Origin: Scyliorhinus canicula
Lineage: Eukaryota
NCBI RefSeq assembly: GCF_902713615.1
Contig: NC_052159.1
Location: 21,689,709 to 21,753,708 of the forward strand
DNA: 64,000 bases
Direction of reading: 5' to 3'
The notes below the pieces were generated by a model. That model saw nothing but the letters and a program-made list of their open reading frames with translations, was not told the origin of the DNA and did no database searches. The stretch's first letter is position 1, and every line of letters begins with the position of its first letter. Shown one piece after another: positions 25,370 through 37,343 of the stretch. Made by a program: the position numbers and the translations under genes.

Positions 25370-26574
25370 GTATGTATTGGAAAACCTTTCAATTGCTGGG
25401 GTACAACTGCAGTGAATAACTCGATAGGTGTTGTGAAAGAAGTTGAAAAGACCTCAAATAATTGTTTGATGATATTCATTAGTGTGAATTTGTGTGCTCG
25501 CCAATTTGAACATGCACGTGCCAGGCAGTGTTACTCTTAATGTGTTTGCGAACCCAGTGCCAACCACAGCACAAGATGCAAAATTCAACACCTACTCAAT
25601 GCCAGCACTATGCATCAGCCGCAGTTTTTTTTTTATTGTATAAGAGACATCTTTCTATTTTCATTGCCAGCAATATCCTCTGATATTGCCAATTTGATCC
25701 CAATTAATGCCATAATCGGAACGTTTTTGTGCTTTTGAACGCTGCTGTCGAGGTGATGGAGAATAGTGATTTGGCATCAAATTGGCGCCTGCCGCGAGTT
25801 TTAGGGTCGGAACCTATTCTCTGCCCAATCTCGTTTCGCGATTTTGCCATCAGTCAGTGGAGAATCCCAATAAGTTTAATTTGTACATTTAATACTCGGC
25901 AAGGAGTTAAGATTAGGCCAAAACATCCGAGAATTGGAATCACAGTTGGGTTGCCATTCCACTCCTTTTTACTTGCACTCTAGAATGTAGCCGTACCTTT
26001 CTTGTCCGACATTCGGCCCTGGCAGGGTGAGACAAGTGCAGTGCAGCTGTTCAGTAATTCTCTCAGTCGAGTGCTGCAATGCCGAGGGAAGTGAAACCAC
26101 CCCTTTTTTGCAGCAGTATCTGCCATAAAGCAGATAAGTTCAAATGCTCAGTCACATTGGGAGAAGGTAAAGTGTGCATGGTAAGTGGGTTCGATGGGGG
26201 TGGATTGGGAGACGCGAGTCGGAAGTCAATGAGGGGAGGGCTGGGTGGCCGGTTGGGGGAGAGGGTGTTGGGAGGATAACTGGTGAGTCGGGAGGGGGAA
26301 TTAAATGGGAGAGTAGCGAGAGATTGAAAGGGTGGCAGTAGGCGGGCTGTTGGTAAGGGGCGCCAGTGTTATGGGTGCCCAGGAGTTGGAAGTAGTTTTA
26401 ATTCTTCTAACCTTTCCTGGGTAACTATTCTGCTCAGAGAGTTGGAACTATCCAAAGCTTTTGCTTTAAATCGGCTTATAGGATGGTTCCCAGTGCAGGG
26501 TAACTGTCTATTGGAAGTTTGAACTTCCTGGGTAATTCCGGTGCAATCCTTGCATGGGGACCCCCAGCCACTCT

Positions 26575-26790
26575 CCGTCTTGATGAAGAATTCTACCATG
26601 TTATGGTCGCTCGTCTCCAAAAAGCCTCACTTAATTAGATTGCAGTTATTTATTTCTCATTACACAATACCCAGTCTAGGATGGCCTGTTCCCCAGCTGG
26701 TTCTTCAACATATTGGTCCAGAAAACCATCCTGTATACACTCCAGGAATCTGTCGCAATGGCAATTTGATTTGCTCAATCTATATGCATT
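26575..26790 (-). mobile_element. CR1 endonuclease-region fragment
   Basis: FLECIQDGFLDQYVEEP..ILDWVLCNE, SDHNMVEF. Confidence 0.8.
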
Positions 26791-27468
26791 AACAAACCGT
26801 AATGATGTAATCAATGAGATATTGTATCTTTTCCTGGCCTGGTACACAACCTGATATTCTATTTTCAAATTTCTGTCAATGGTAGACTGATGATTGATGT
26901 CAACTTGAATGAAGTATAGCCTCTTCCTCTTCAAACTTGAGATAGATTGGAAGCCCTACCTACTGTTTGCATGTTGTGACAGAATTAAAATTTACCAGGG
27001 ATTGTACGTGACTCCATATATTCTTAAAAATGTATTGTACCCCAGAGAGAGAGTGAACAGTTTTATCTATAAAGCCGGATTTCAAAACTTTAAAATGTTC
27101 AAGTGCTAGCTAATGTCAGTGCCGATTTGTCAATATAAGAGTGTGTTAGAACAAAACGTCGAAAATTAAACTCTGATCTTGAGCTAACGTTTTTCCGGTA
27201 GATTAAATTTGATACTTAGCTATGTCTTGAACATAAAATTATACGGGAAATTGATTTGCCAAGTTGTGCTCTTTTATACTTTTTTTAAACTTTCACTGAG
27301 GGGTCTGCATATTTGGTGTGCTCTGCTATGCTAATTGACGTGACACTAACGAACCTCATTTATTTAAAAATGTTGTGAATAGTCATAATCTATATTTGTG
27401 AAATAACTTTTGCAGAGAGTTGAATAAAGTGAATTTTGTTTTATTATATTTTTGTGTGCTTTCAACAG

Positions 27469-27626
27469 CTCCCTTGAAGAGCCAAAAATGGTAGCTGCCT
27501 TGTCAGGGAAGCAAGTGGGAAAACATGTTGTTCATATAGCGTGTGGAAGCACCTACAGTGCAGCTATAACCTCAGAAGGAGAACTGTATACATGGGGAAG
27601 AGGAAACTATGGTCGACTTGGACATG
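27469..27626 (+). CDS. HERC2: HERC2 exon (about 13), 158 nt
   Basis: cag|C TCC CTT..CAT G|gtatgg; [39 protein letters not shown]. Confidence 0.97.
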
Positions 27627-27883
27627 GTATGGATGCAATTTGTCTGATGGAAATTCTTTCTACATTTTGACAGATATGAAACATATTTCCCCTTTTAGAT
27701 CTTGGATATTGCAAAATATAGTATTCTGGTTTGCACAGCACTTTGCCAAATACTTTACAATGTAATTACCCGAAACAGAAATTTGATTTGGAATTTGTAA
27801 ATGTCTAATAATTTTGTGTGGCGGGGATATCTCGAGATAAGCTGTCTTTACTTGACAGTGGAGTAAATATTTATGAAGACTTG

Positions 27884-28400
27884 GGGCGCGATTCTCCGCA
27901 CCCCACGCCGGGTGGGAGAATCGCGGGAGGGCCGGGCGATTCTCACACCACGCCGCCCTGGCACCCCACGCGATTCTCCCAACACCCCCAAAATGACGTG
28001 TCACGTTTTTCGACAGGCCGGATGGGCCGAGCGGCCTGCCGAACCCAACCGGTTCACGGCGGAGCCAACCACACCTGGTCGCTGCCGGCGTGAACAGCGC
28101 GCGACAGGTTAGTGTGGGACCTGTGGGGGGCGGAGGGAGGATTGAGCACCACGGGCGTGCTCAGCAGATGTCTGGCCCGCGATCGGTGGCCATTGATCGT
28201 CGGGCTGGCTTCTGTAAACGACGCACTCTTTTTCCTCCGCCGCCCCGCAAGATCAAGCCGCCATGTCTTGCGGGGCAGTGGAGGGGAAGATGGAGCCGGC
28301 CAACCTGCGCATGCGCGGCTGGCGTCACTTCGGCGCCGCTGGCCGCGTCATTCCCGGCATGCCGCTTTCACGCAAGCGTCAAGGCCGGGCGCTCGATTCT
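27884..28400. mobile_element. GC/CpG-rich MITE, one terminus only (Harbinger-like)
   Basis: GGGCGCGATTCTCC..GGAGAATCGC hairpin end; abrupt GC-rich island in an AT-rich intron. Confidence 0.6.
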
Positions 28401-28920
28401 TTTTATGTTCTATAAGCTTTGTTTAAGGCCGACAATTGGATTTGTCAATATTTCTGATTTCTGTAAGTCCCTCTGTCGTGTGATACGCCTCTTCCTCAGA
28501 AGGCTGAAAATCTTGGGGAAAATTTCCTGTCGACTGTTTGTGAGTTTTCGAAATACTTTTTGTAAATGTGTTTGATTTTGCTGGATGTAACATCTGATGA
28601 AAATCTCAGCTCTTCACTTTTGCGTTTAAGACAACCTCCGGGGGAAAAAAAAATAAGGAAGGGTTTTACATGATTCTCAGTTTTTATTTCTTTAACAACC
28701 TAAACAGAGTCAATTGAAATGTTTGCATTGCATTTAACAAATTTGGAAAGATGCTCTATAAAAATGCTTATAAATAAGTTTATGGCTTTTGCTACACTTG
28801 GTGAACAAGAGAAATCTCCCTCACTTTTGAAAAAGTGTTATTTTAACCTGCCCTCCCATTTTGTTTTTGTAATTTCAGCTGTTACTAGAAACTTAATCTT
28901 GACTATTTGTGTCTTCCCAG

Positions 28921-29034
28921 GTTCCAGTGAAGATCAGACTACACCCCTACTGGTGACTGGATTGAAAGGATTGAAAATTATTGATGTTGCTTGTGGCAGT
29001 GGGGATGCCCAGACACTAGCTGTGGCTGAGAATG
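28921..29034 (+). CDS. HERC2: HERC2 exon (about 14), 114 nt
   Basis: cag|GT TCC..AAT G|gtaaat; SSEDQTTPLLVTGLKGLKIIDVACGSGDAQTLAVAEN. Confidence 0.97.
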
Positions 29035-29293
29035 GTAAATAATGCCAAATAATTTGCAGCACAGTTGAAGTAAAACTACAACTGTCGCACGAGAGCCTGT
29101 GGGGCAGCAGAGACAAGTGTCAAAAGGCAAATTCAAGGCTCATATCGTGATTGAAGCACTTTTCCATGGAGGGAGTGACTAATTCGAATGGCCTCCTGAC
29201 TATGGTCGTGGAAGCCAAAAGACTGAAATTATTTTTTTTTTAAATGATGCTGTTGCAGGATCATTGGTTTCTGTAAAAAGATAGGCTGAATTG

Positions 29294-29577
29294 TCCGGTT
29301 TCCTCCCACAGTCCAAAGATGTGCAGGTTAGGTGGATTGGCTATGATAAATTGCCCTTAGTGTCCAAAATTGCCCTTAATGTTGGGTGGGGTTACTGGGT
29401 TATGGGGATAGGGTGAAGGCGTTGACCTCGGGTAGGGTGCTCTTTCCAAGAGCAGACTCGATGGGCCGAGCGGCCTCCTTCTGCACTGTAAATTCTATGA
29501 TTAATCTAGGACAAAGGTTCGGCACAACATCGTGGGCCGAAGGGCCTGTTCTGTGCTGTATTTTTCTATGTTCTATG
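29294..29577 (+). mobile_element. 5'-truncated V-SINE with two tandem CR1-type tails
   Basis: Tail A ~29453-29501, tail B ~29519-29577. Confidence 0.85.
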
Positions 29578-29859
29578 AATGGTGTACTGATCTTGGATGC
29601 CCCAGCTTAAACCTATACAAACGTGGAGTAGAATGTTTTAATGGTTAACTTGTTTGGTGCTATGAAATATATCATGGAGTGTTTATTGAGAGAAGGATTT
29701 GTGATTTGTTCTGTTTTGTGGTGATATTTGGAGAGGCAATGAATCGGGTGGTTTGTCTGCCAGCTTGCTTCAAAGTAGTGTCAAAAGTAGGATGGCCAAC
29801 AGCTGAAAAGGGCAAAAAACTAAGTAAGAACGTCTCGCCTTCAGATTTTTTTGTTACTG

Positions 29860-30025
29860 GACTAGGAATCTAGGGGTCCGGATGAATAATCCAGGTTCAC
29901 ATTCCATCGTGGCAGATGGGGAATTTAAAATAAGTAATTTAAATAAATCTGGAATGCTACCAGTTCAAGTTCACTCATGGTCTTTGGGGAAGGAAATCTA
30001 CCTTGCTTCCCTGGTCTTGGGGTGG

Positions 30026-30068
<43 letters not shown>

Positions 30069-30260
30069 AAAATATGTGCGTGTGTATATGTGTGTGTGGT
30101 ATATATGTATGATATGACTCCAGACCTAAAGCAACAACTGCCCTCTGAAATGGCCGAGTTAGCCACTTAGTTGCCATGATTTTCTCAAGGAAAATTCTCA
30201 ACAAATGGTCAATAAATGCTGGTCTTGCCACACCCCATTAATGAATTTACAAAAAAAAAC
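29860..30260 (+). mobile_element. SINE family C with internal microsatellite
   Basis: GGAAGGAAATCT core and AATAAATGCTGGTCTTGCC..AATGAA tail; related copies at 33655, 45430 and 53370. Confidence 0.7.
30028..30112. repeat. (AT)n microsatellite followed by degenerate TG/TA
   Basis: About 16 TA units from 30028. Confidence 0.95.
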
Positions 30261-30324
30261 ATAAATTAAAAGGGTTCTTTTGTAATTTGAGCCTTGAGTA
30301 GGCCTATTTAAAATGGTGTCTAAT

Positions 30325-31130
30325 GAGGCAATATACTGAAACAGTCTGGGTCCACATGCAGCAAGACCTGGACAACTTTCAGGTTTGAACTGGTAAGTGG
30401 CAAGTAATATTTTGTGGCAGGCAATGACCAGCTCCAACAAGAGAAAATCTCACCATCTCCCTTTGACATTCAATGGGGTTACCATTGCTAAATCCCCTAC
30501 TATCAACGACCTAGGGGTTGCCATTGACCAGAAACGGAACTAGATCGACTATTGAAATACTATGACGAGCAGAGCAGGTGAAGAGGCGAGGTACTCTGTG
30601 GCAAATCAGGAAGGTGATGGAATACTCTCCACTTGCCTCGATGAGTGTAGATCCAACAACATTCGAGAAGCTCGACACAGTCCATAACAAAGCAATCTGC
30701 TTGATTAGCAACCCTCCACCACCGTAAACATTCACTCCCTCTGCCGCCGGTGCACAGTGGCCACAATGTGTACCATCTACAAGGTGCACTGCAGCAACTC
30801 ATCGCGGCTCCTTGAATAGAACCTTGCAATCCCACAGCTTCTATCATTTAGAAGGACAAAGGCAGCAGATGCATGGAGACACCACCACCTGCAAGTTCCC
30901 CTCCAAGCCACACAACATCCTAACTTGGAATTATTGCACCATCCTTTAATACCGCTGGATAAAAATCCTGAGACACCCTTCCTAACAGCACTGTGAATGT
31001 ACCTACACCATAAGGACTGCAGTGGTTCAAGAAGACAGCTCATACCAGCTCAAGGGCAATTAGGGATGGGCAATAAATGCTGGCCTAGCCAGCGATGCCC
31101 ACATCGCATGAATGAACAAGTAAAAAAATA
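30325..31130 (+). mobile_element. CR1/L2-group LINE 3' fragment
   Basis: QQDLDN..W..KWQV, LGVAIDQK, VMEYSPLA, KLDTV; tail GGGCAATAAATGCTGGCCTAGCCAGCGATGCCCACATC. Confidence 0.8.
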
Positions 31131-31529
31131 ACTATGTTGGTCTGCAGGTTATACTTGTGCATTTTGTTCACTGGTTGAAGAAAACACTACTAATTTGGAG
31201 GCAGTGTGCTGAATTAATTTTTAAAAAATGTTTGCTGGTTGTCTGGAAGGGTACTTTTTAATGATGTGATCTATTACTATGTAATTGAATTCTTCTCCTG
31301 TTTCATCTGCACATTTGGCAAATGGGAGGGAGCAGCTACTTCTGATAAGGAACCATTTGATACTGTGGTGTATCTTCTGCAAGTGTTATTATGTACTCCA
31401 TTTCAGTGCTATTATTCTTATATAATAGCATTTTACTTTGAATTTATTTTACTGTTTGATTCTTGAACAACTTATTTTAAGAGGAAGGAAGGCATGTGAG
31501 CTTAATGTGTGCTTTTAATTTCTGTGCAG

Positions 31530-31781
31530 GTCAAGTATGGTCCTGGGGAGATGGCGACTATGGGAAATTGGGCAGAGGTGGCAGTGACGGCTGTAAAACC
31601 CCCAAGTTGATCGAGAAGCTTCAAGACCTTGATATTATAAAAGTGCGCTGTGGCAGCCAATTTTCAGTTGCAATTACAAAAGATGGACAGATTTACACTT
31701 GGGGAAAGGGTGATACCCAAAGACTTGGACATGGAACTGAAGAGCATGTGCGATATCCTAAATTATTGGAGTGTCTTCAGG
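31530..31781 (+). CDS. HERC2: HERC2 exon (about 15), 252 nt
   Basis: cag|GT CAA..CAG G|gttagt; [38 protein letters not shown]. Confidence 0.98.
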
Positions 31782-31794
31782 GTTAGTACTGTCT

Positions 31795-32190
31795 AGCTTC
31801 AGCTCATCTGATGCTGAAAGCCTTTGCATGCATGCCTTTGTTGCCCCTGGATTTGCTATTTCAATGGTATCCCAGCTGGCCTCCCATCTTCCTCATTCTG
31901 CTACCCATATAACATGGACCACGTATCAATCACCCACCACCTCATGTTTGCTGACCTACATTAGTCCTGGCAACACCTAACCAGCTGCCAGGGCTCTAAA
32001 CTCTCAGATTTTGTTCCTCAAGCTCTCTGCGTCGCTCCTCAAAAACTGACCTCGTTGACCAAGCTTTTTGGCCGTCTGTTCTAACATTTCCATATGTGGC
32101 TTGATGTAAAATTTTGTTTAAGAACGTTCCTACGTGGCACCTTTTAGGTGGTTGTACAGCATTGGGGGCTATATGCTTGCAACTTGTTCT
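31795..32190 (+). mobile_element. L2 LINE 3' fragment
   Basis: DAESLCMHAFV..LA resembles the L2 motif AETLIHAFV..LLAGLP; L2-like tail. Confidence 0.6.
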
Positions 32191-32727
32191 TATTTCATAG
32201 AATTGTCCCAAAACGCGAAATTAAACTTGCATTCCTGGTGGCTAAAGTGACAAATTGGTTTGTAACAGAGCATCAAAATCCCAGGTTCAAGTCCAGCCTG
32301 TATTGAAATATCTAACCTCAGTAGTAGGTTAAGTACAGTTGATCGTAACACGTTTGTGGGAGAGGTCTTGCCTCTTGACAGTACAAATGGGATAACATAA
32401 ATATTGGGTCAGGGAAAAATATCACCAGTCAAAGAGCTTATTGTTTCATTTAGCCCATAGAGAGTCGTGACTGGGCAAGCTAAATGTGTTCAGTTTTGAA
32501 AATCATGGTTTTTAAGTCTGCGGAATACAAGAAACATTGAAAGCAATTGTTCACGGACGTAGGAAAATCCAGAAAAAAAGTGTTCGCTTAGCAATGTTAA
32601 TTTGCTGAATCCAGCTTTAGGTAATGTTCAACAGACTGGGGAGGATGGAAGGGAAACATCTGTCAATGTTGGTAAGAAGACCAGTGTAAATCCCATTCTT
32701 CCTTCTCAGACGAATATAAAATTATAA

Positions 32728-32920
32728 ATGATCCTGTGGCACCATTTGAAGAAGAGCTGGGTGTTCTCATGTTCTATTCAATAAGCATCCCTCAACCAAA
32801 GCTAAGTAGATTATCTGGTTGTTTATTTTATTGACATTTGTAGACAAGACATTAAGCTAGAGGGGATGTTCTTGATTATAGAACTTAGTTCCACAATACA
32901 TGGTATATTTTCCTATTTGA
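32728..32920 (+). mobile_element. Deu-SINE core fragment
   Basis: GATCCTGTGGCACCATTTGAAGAAGAGC..CCCTCAACCAA..AGATTATCTGG matches the Deu domain as recalled. Confidence 0.65.
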
Positions 32921-33053
32921 TAGAGAGGCATTCACGTCAATCATAATTTATTAGCTCTTTGGCCCTCGTGCATGAGCTTGGACCCAGCACAGGTGAAGGA
33001 ATGTTGTGTAGATCAATTGTAAGCAATCTCTCATGTTTTTAAATTGATTGCTA

Positions 33054-33297
33054 CGTAAAATCCCTACATTGCGCAAGGAGGTAATTTGGCCCATCAAGTC
33101 TGCACTGACCCTCCGAAAGAGCACCCTACCTAGGCCCACTGCCCCACTTTATCCCTGAAACCCCACCTAACCTGCACATCGTTTTGGACACTAGAGATAA
33201 TTTAGAGTGGCCAATCCACCTAACCACACCTTTGGACTGAGGGAGGAAACTGGAGCACCCGGAGAAATCCACTCAGACACTGAGAACGTGCAAATGC
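33054..33297 (-). mobile_element. HE1-like V-SINE, older
   Basis: Core and CR1 tail. Confidence 0.85.
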
Positions 33298-33434
33298 CGT
33301 GCAGTTTTTACAAAATACTTAGTGCATAACTTTTTTGTCTATAAACCTTGGTGTGGTTCAATCTGGAACATTTGTTCAGCATAGTTTCTGCTGTGCCCAT
33401 TTAGTACTCCACTTGCACAGTTTAATAAGAAATC

Positions 33435-33562
33435 GGGGTGGGATTTTCCTGCACCGCCCGCCGTCGGGATCTTCTGGTCCTGCTGAAAGTCAGTGGACTT
33501 TTGGCTAGCTCACATGTCCTGTGGCACATCTCTCCATGGCGGAGGCAGAAAACTCTGGCCCC
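33435..33562. mobile_element. Short GC-rich MITE
   Basis: Imperfect TIRs GGGGTGGGATTTTCC / AGAAAACTCTGGCCCC. Confidence 0.45.
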
Positions 33563-33654
33563 GGAAAATGTAGCATTGATTCAGTTATTTGTGGCCGAGT
33601 ACTCAACCTGTATAAATAAAGTTACTTGTAAACATTTAGTCAGACAACAGTTTC

Positions 33655-33825
33655 TGATTCAAATCCCACCATAGCAGCTGGTGAAATTTGAATTCAGTTA
33701 ATAAACCTGGAAGATAAAGGTCGTCTCAATGATGGTAATCTGAAACTATCATCGATTATCGTAAAAGCACATCTGGTTCACTAATGCTATTTAGGGAAGG
33801 AAATCTGCTGGCCGACAAGTGACTC
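33655..33825 (+). mobile_element. SINE family C fragment
   Basis: CTGGTTCACTAATG..TTTAGGGAAGGAAATCTGC. Confidence 0.7.
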
Positions 33826-33829
33826 CACA

Positions 33830-34351
33830 AGTGACGCTCCAGCCTCCCTTCCCGGCGCCAAATGGGCGCTGCGCCAACCCGCGCATGCGCAGTTGGACCG
33901 CACCAACCTGCGCATGCGCTGGGGACATCTGCACGCCGACCCGGACTCAACATGGCGTCAGTGTTCAGGGGCCGGCCACGGAACAATGTAGACCCGGGGT
34001 GGGGAAGAGTCCGGCACGCCAATCGGTGGGCCCCAATCGCGGACCAGACCCATTGGAGGCCTCCGTCCCCTGGGTTAAGGATCGCTTTCCCCCGCCCCAC
34101 AGGCCGTCCCCCGGCCCTTCACGCAGAGTTCCTGCCGGCAGCGACCAGGGGTGAACGGCGCCGGCGGGACTCTGTCGTATCCGCACGGCTGCTCAGCCCA
34201 TCCGGGCAAGAGAATCGGCGGCCTCGCCGATTCCAGCGGCCGATGCCGTGTCAAACCCGCCGGCGCAAATGGTGTTGATTCTCCGCACCTCGGAAAATTG
34301 CGCGCCAGGGCGATTCTCCGGCCTGGCGTGGGGCTCGGAGTATCGCCCCCC
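33830..34351. mobile_element. GC/CpG-rich MITE, right terminus only
   Basis: Ends GCGATTCTCC..GGAGTATCGCCCCC, an inverted homolog of the 27884 end. Confidence 0.6.
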
Positions 34352-34555
34352 CAGATTTAGACGTAAAACATTAACACACCGTTTATTAATAAAAAGAGGA
34401 AAAGATTAATATAAATAAAGAAATAACAGAACAATGGTCTATCGGTCTATCTAATCACCAAACATCGTCCCATCCTCTACACAGACACACAAGGCAGACA
34501 CAATGTAAGGGTTGGTGGGGGTGGAAGAAAAGGGATTGAAGGGTGTTCAGATCAG

Positions 34556-34644
34556 TGCAATTTTCATCACCGGCCACCAGATGGTGCTGTACACAAGATG
34601 CTCAGATTGGTGCACTTCTAGCTTTCTACCACTAGATGGAGCTT
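34556..34644 (+). promoter_or_regulatory. Two tandem CTCF-like motifs, each with an upstream module
   Basis: TGCAATTTT-n6-CGGCCACCAGATGGTGCTG and TGCACTTCT-n6-CTACCACTAGATGGAGCTT, 55 bp apart. Confidence 0.6.
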
Positions 34645-34722
34645 TTGCTTCTGAGATTATTACAGACTTCCTGAGTAAACACAGGTTTTATTTTTGTTGT
34701 CTGAACTTAGCGTGCCCTTAGC

Positions 34723-35081
34723 GGGCAGCACGGTAGCATTGTGGATAGCACAAATGCTTCACAGCTCCAGGGTCCCAGGTTCGATTCCGGCTTGGGTCAC
34801 TGTCTGTGCGGAGTCTGCACATCCTCCCCGTGTGTGCATGGGTTTCCTCCGGGTGCTCTGGTTTCCACCCACAGTCCAAAGATGTGCAGGTTAGGTGGAT
34901 TGGCCATGATAAATTGCCCTTAGTGTCCAAAATTGCCCTTGGTGTTGGGTGGGGTTACTGGGTTATGGGGGTAGGGTGGAGGTGTTGACCTTGGGTAGGG
35001 TGCTCTTTCCAAGAGCCGGTGCAGACTCGATGAGCCGAATGACCTCCTTTTGCACTGTAAATTTTATGATAAATTCTATGA
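34723..35081 (+). mobile_element. Full-length HE1-like V-SINE
   Basis: GGGCAGCACGG head, B box, V-core and CR1 tail. Confidence 0.93.
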
Positions 35082-35923
35082 ACATAGGCCATACTTTGAG
35101 GAATATTCTCAGTTTAAACTTCAATCTTGAGCTCTTCCAAGCCCCTGACTCATGCCGTTCGAAGTTTACTGACCTGTGGGAAAGCAGCTTGCACTTTCAC
35201 ATTCAAAATCTCTTTCCTAGTTCTGATGGCCGTCTGCGTTCCTTTAATCAAGAAAGTCTTCACAGATTTGACTAGAATGCCTCTTAAAATCTGGCAGTGA
35301 GAGAGAGGAGATGGAGATTCTTGAAGGCCCCTACTAGTTGGCTTTCTTCACATAACCGAACGAAAGATGGAACTGTTCAGAAGTCCTGCCTTCGTTCCTG
35401 AAAGTTTCTGACTGGCTTCACCAACCACAGGAAACAACAGGAGCTGGCTGAGAATCCTATATACACTGATTTGGCTGCATGCCAAGTCTATCAAAACAAC
35501 ATCATAGGTTCTGCCACAGAACCTAAAGGGGATGTCTTGGCCTGGCCAATCAGGACTGGGTAAGGGGTTCCAGCTTTGTTTAAAATCTGTAGTTTAACAG
35601 AAGAATGTAGATCAAGGCAGGCAGCAGGGCAGGGATAAAAAGGGCAACACGGGACAGAAAAAGGTTTTACAGCAATATCCTGACACACTCCCCACTATGA
35701 CCAGAGTATGTATTTAGAGGTGTCTATTTTAGTTTAGTTTGGGCTCCAACTCGCTCCCGGACCAATCCCCTGTGGCTTTGTCCCTTTCATTTTTTTGCTG
35801 CCCCGCTCCCCTCTTCAGGGTTTTAACCTACTTATTCTACTCAATTTGAAAGTATTTGGATATACGTAGGTCCTCTTCAGATGCTAAGCAATTTGTTTTA
35901 TGGGTTATTTTGTTTAATTGCAG

Positions 35924-36117
35924 GTAAAAAAGTAGTTGATGTAGCTGTTGGATCCACACACTGCATGGTACTGACTGAAGATGGCGAAGTTCATAGTTGG
36001 GGCAGCAATGATCAGTGTCAGCATTTTGATACTCTGAGGATAACTAAACCAGAACCATCTGCACTGCCAGGTCTAGATACAAAGCACATCGTTGGTATTG
36101 CTTGTGGGGCTGCTCAG
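35924..36117 (+). CDS. HERC2: HERC2 exon (about 16), 194 nt
   Basis: cag|GT AAA..GCT CAG|gtaaga; KKVVDVAVGSTHC..VHSWGSNDQCQHFDTLR. Confidence 0.97.
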
Positions 36118-36291
36118 GTAAGATGTTATTGAATTTCAAAGATACACATGTCCCTGAGGTGATTTCCTTAATGAAAATTTCAATTCCACCCTTTTTTGTA
36201 TTGGCAATAGGATCTCAGTACTGGTGAGAGCAAGACATTTTCAAGTAGAATTCACTTGAACTGTGGGGGAAAATTCAAGGATGTAGCACCC

Positions 36292-36394
36292 CCGTAACAG
36301 CCTCCCCGAACAGGCACCGGAATGTGGTGACTAGGGGCTTTTCACAGTAACTTCATTTGAAGCCTACTCGTGCCAATAAGCGATTTTCATTTCA
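36292..36394 (+). mobile_element. SINE tail-2 fragment (head-B family)
   Basis: CCCGAACAGGCACCGGAATGTGG..AATAAGCGATTTTCATTTCA. Confidence 0.8.
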
Positions 36395-37114
36395 TGATAG
36401 CTACAGGTTTCTTAGTGGTCATGGTGGGATCAATTTGAGGAGATGAATAATATCAGTCATTCTTCCAAATGTACTTGATATGGGTAGATATCCAAGCAAA
36501 TGAAATGTCTTGGGAAAACTGCTGTTGTGCCCTTGGATCTGGTCGCATTAAGGTGCATTCTGGAAAATACCAGAGCATCTTCAAAGGGTTTTCTATCGCT
36601 GTGAAAAAAGATGGTATTTGTGGCCTTGGAGAAAGGATGGACTCCAACCTTCATTGGCTATTCAATGCAAGGGCTGTGCAAATGTGGTTTCTATGAAGTT
36701 TTCAAGAACCTTTCAAGGCTGGTTCCAAAGAGCAAAACAAAACATTCATTTGACCAAACTCTGAAATATTTAAGCAATTCTTCCTGATTTGTTTCCACAC
36801 TTCCTATACGGTCTGTTCTGTGTGTTCACCGCTTTTTCTGTGTGATGTATTTGAACCTAATCCACCTGTGCTTTTTTTATACAAGCTTGAGCCTGTGACC
36901 CTTGATGGAAGAGTTAGTGGCAATCTCTAACCTGTTGAGGTTCAATTTATTTATTCCCCGAAAATAAAAATGGAATATTTGCATTTGTTTGAATTGATTT
37001 TAATAGGATTTGAGGCCAGTCTTTGTTAAGGGTTTTGTTTTGTAATAATTCTTCATTGAAATTGAGTAAAAATGTAAATGTATGTTAATTATCCATTAAA
37101 AAAAATATTCTCTA

Positions 37115-37343
37115 GGGTAGCACGGTGGCACAGTGGTTAGCATTGCTGCCTCACGGCGCCGAGGTCCCAAGTTCGATCCCGGCTCTGGGTCACTGTCCTT
37201 GTGGAGTTTGCACATTCTCCCCGTGTCTGCGTGGGTTTCGCCCCCACAACCCCAAAGATGTGCAGGGTAGGCGGATTGGCCATGCTAAATTGCCCCTTAA
37301 TTGGAAAAAAATAATTGGGTACTCTAAATTTATAAAAAAAAAT
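37115..37343 (+). mobile_element. V-SINE, A-tailed type 3, with ~14-bp TSD
   Basis: Flanks AAAAAATATTCTCT and AAAAAAAATTCTCT. Confidence 0.9.

Noticed and set aside
25370-25380. GTAT donors (also 27627 and 56103) as U12 introns
   Set aside because: They lack the GTATCCTT consensus
27884-34351. Composite transposon capturing two HERC2 exons (41-bp ends ~83% inverted-identical)
   Set aside because: No shared TSD, the interiors differ, and the exons are collinear with the gene; two independent truncated MITEs explain it better
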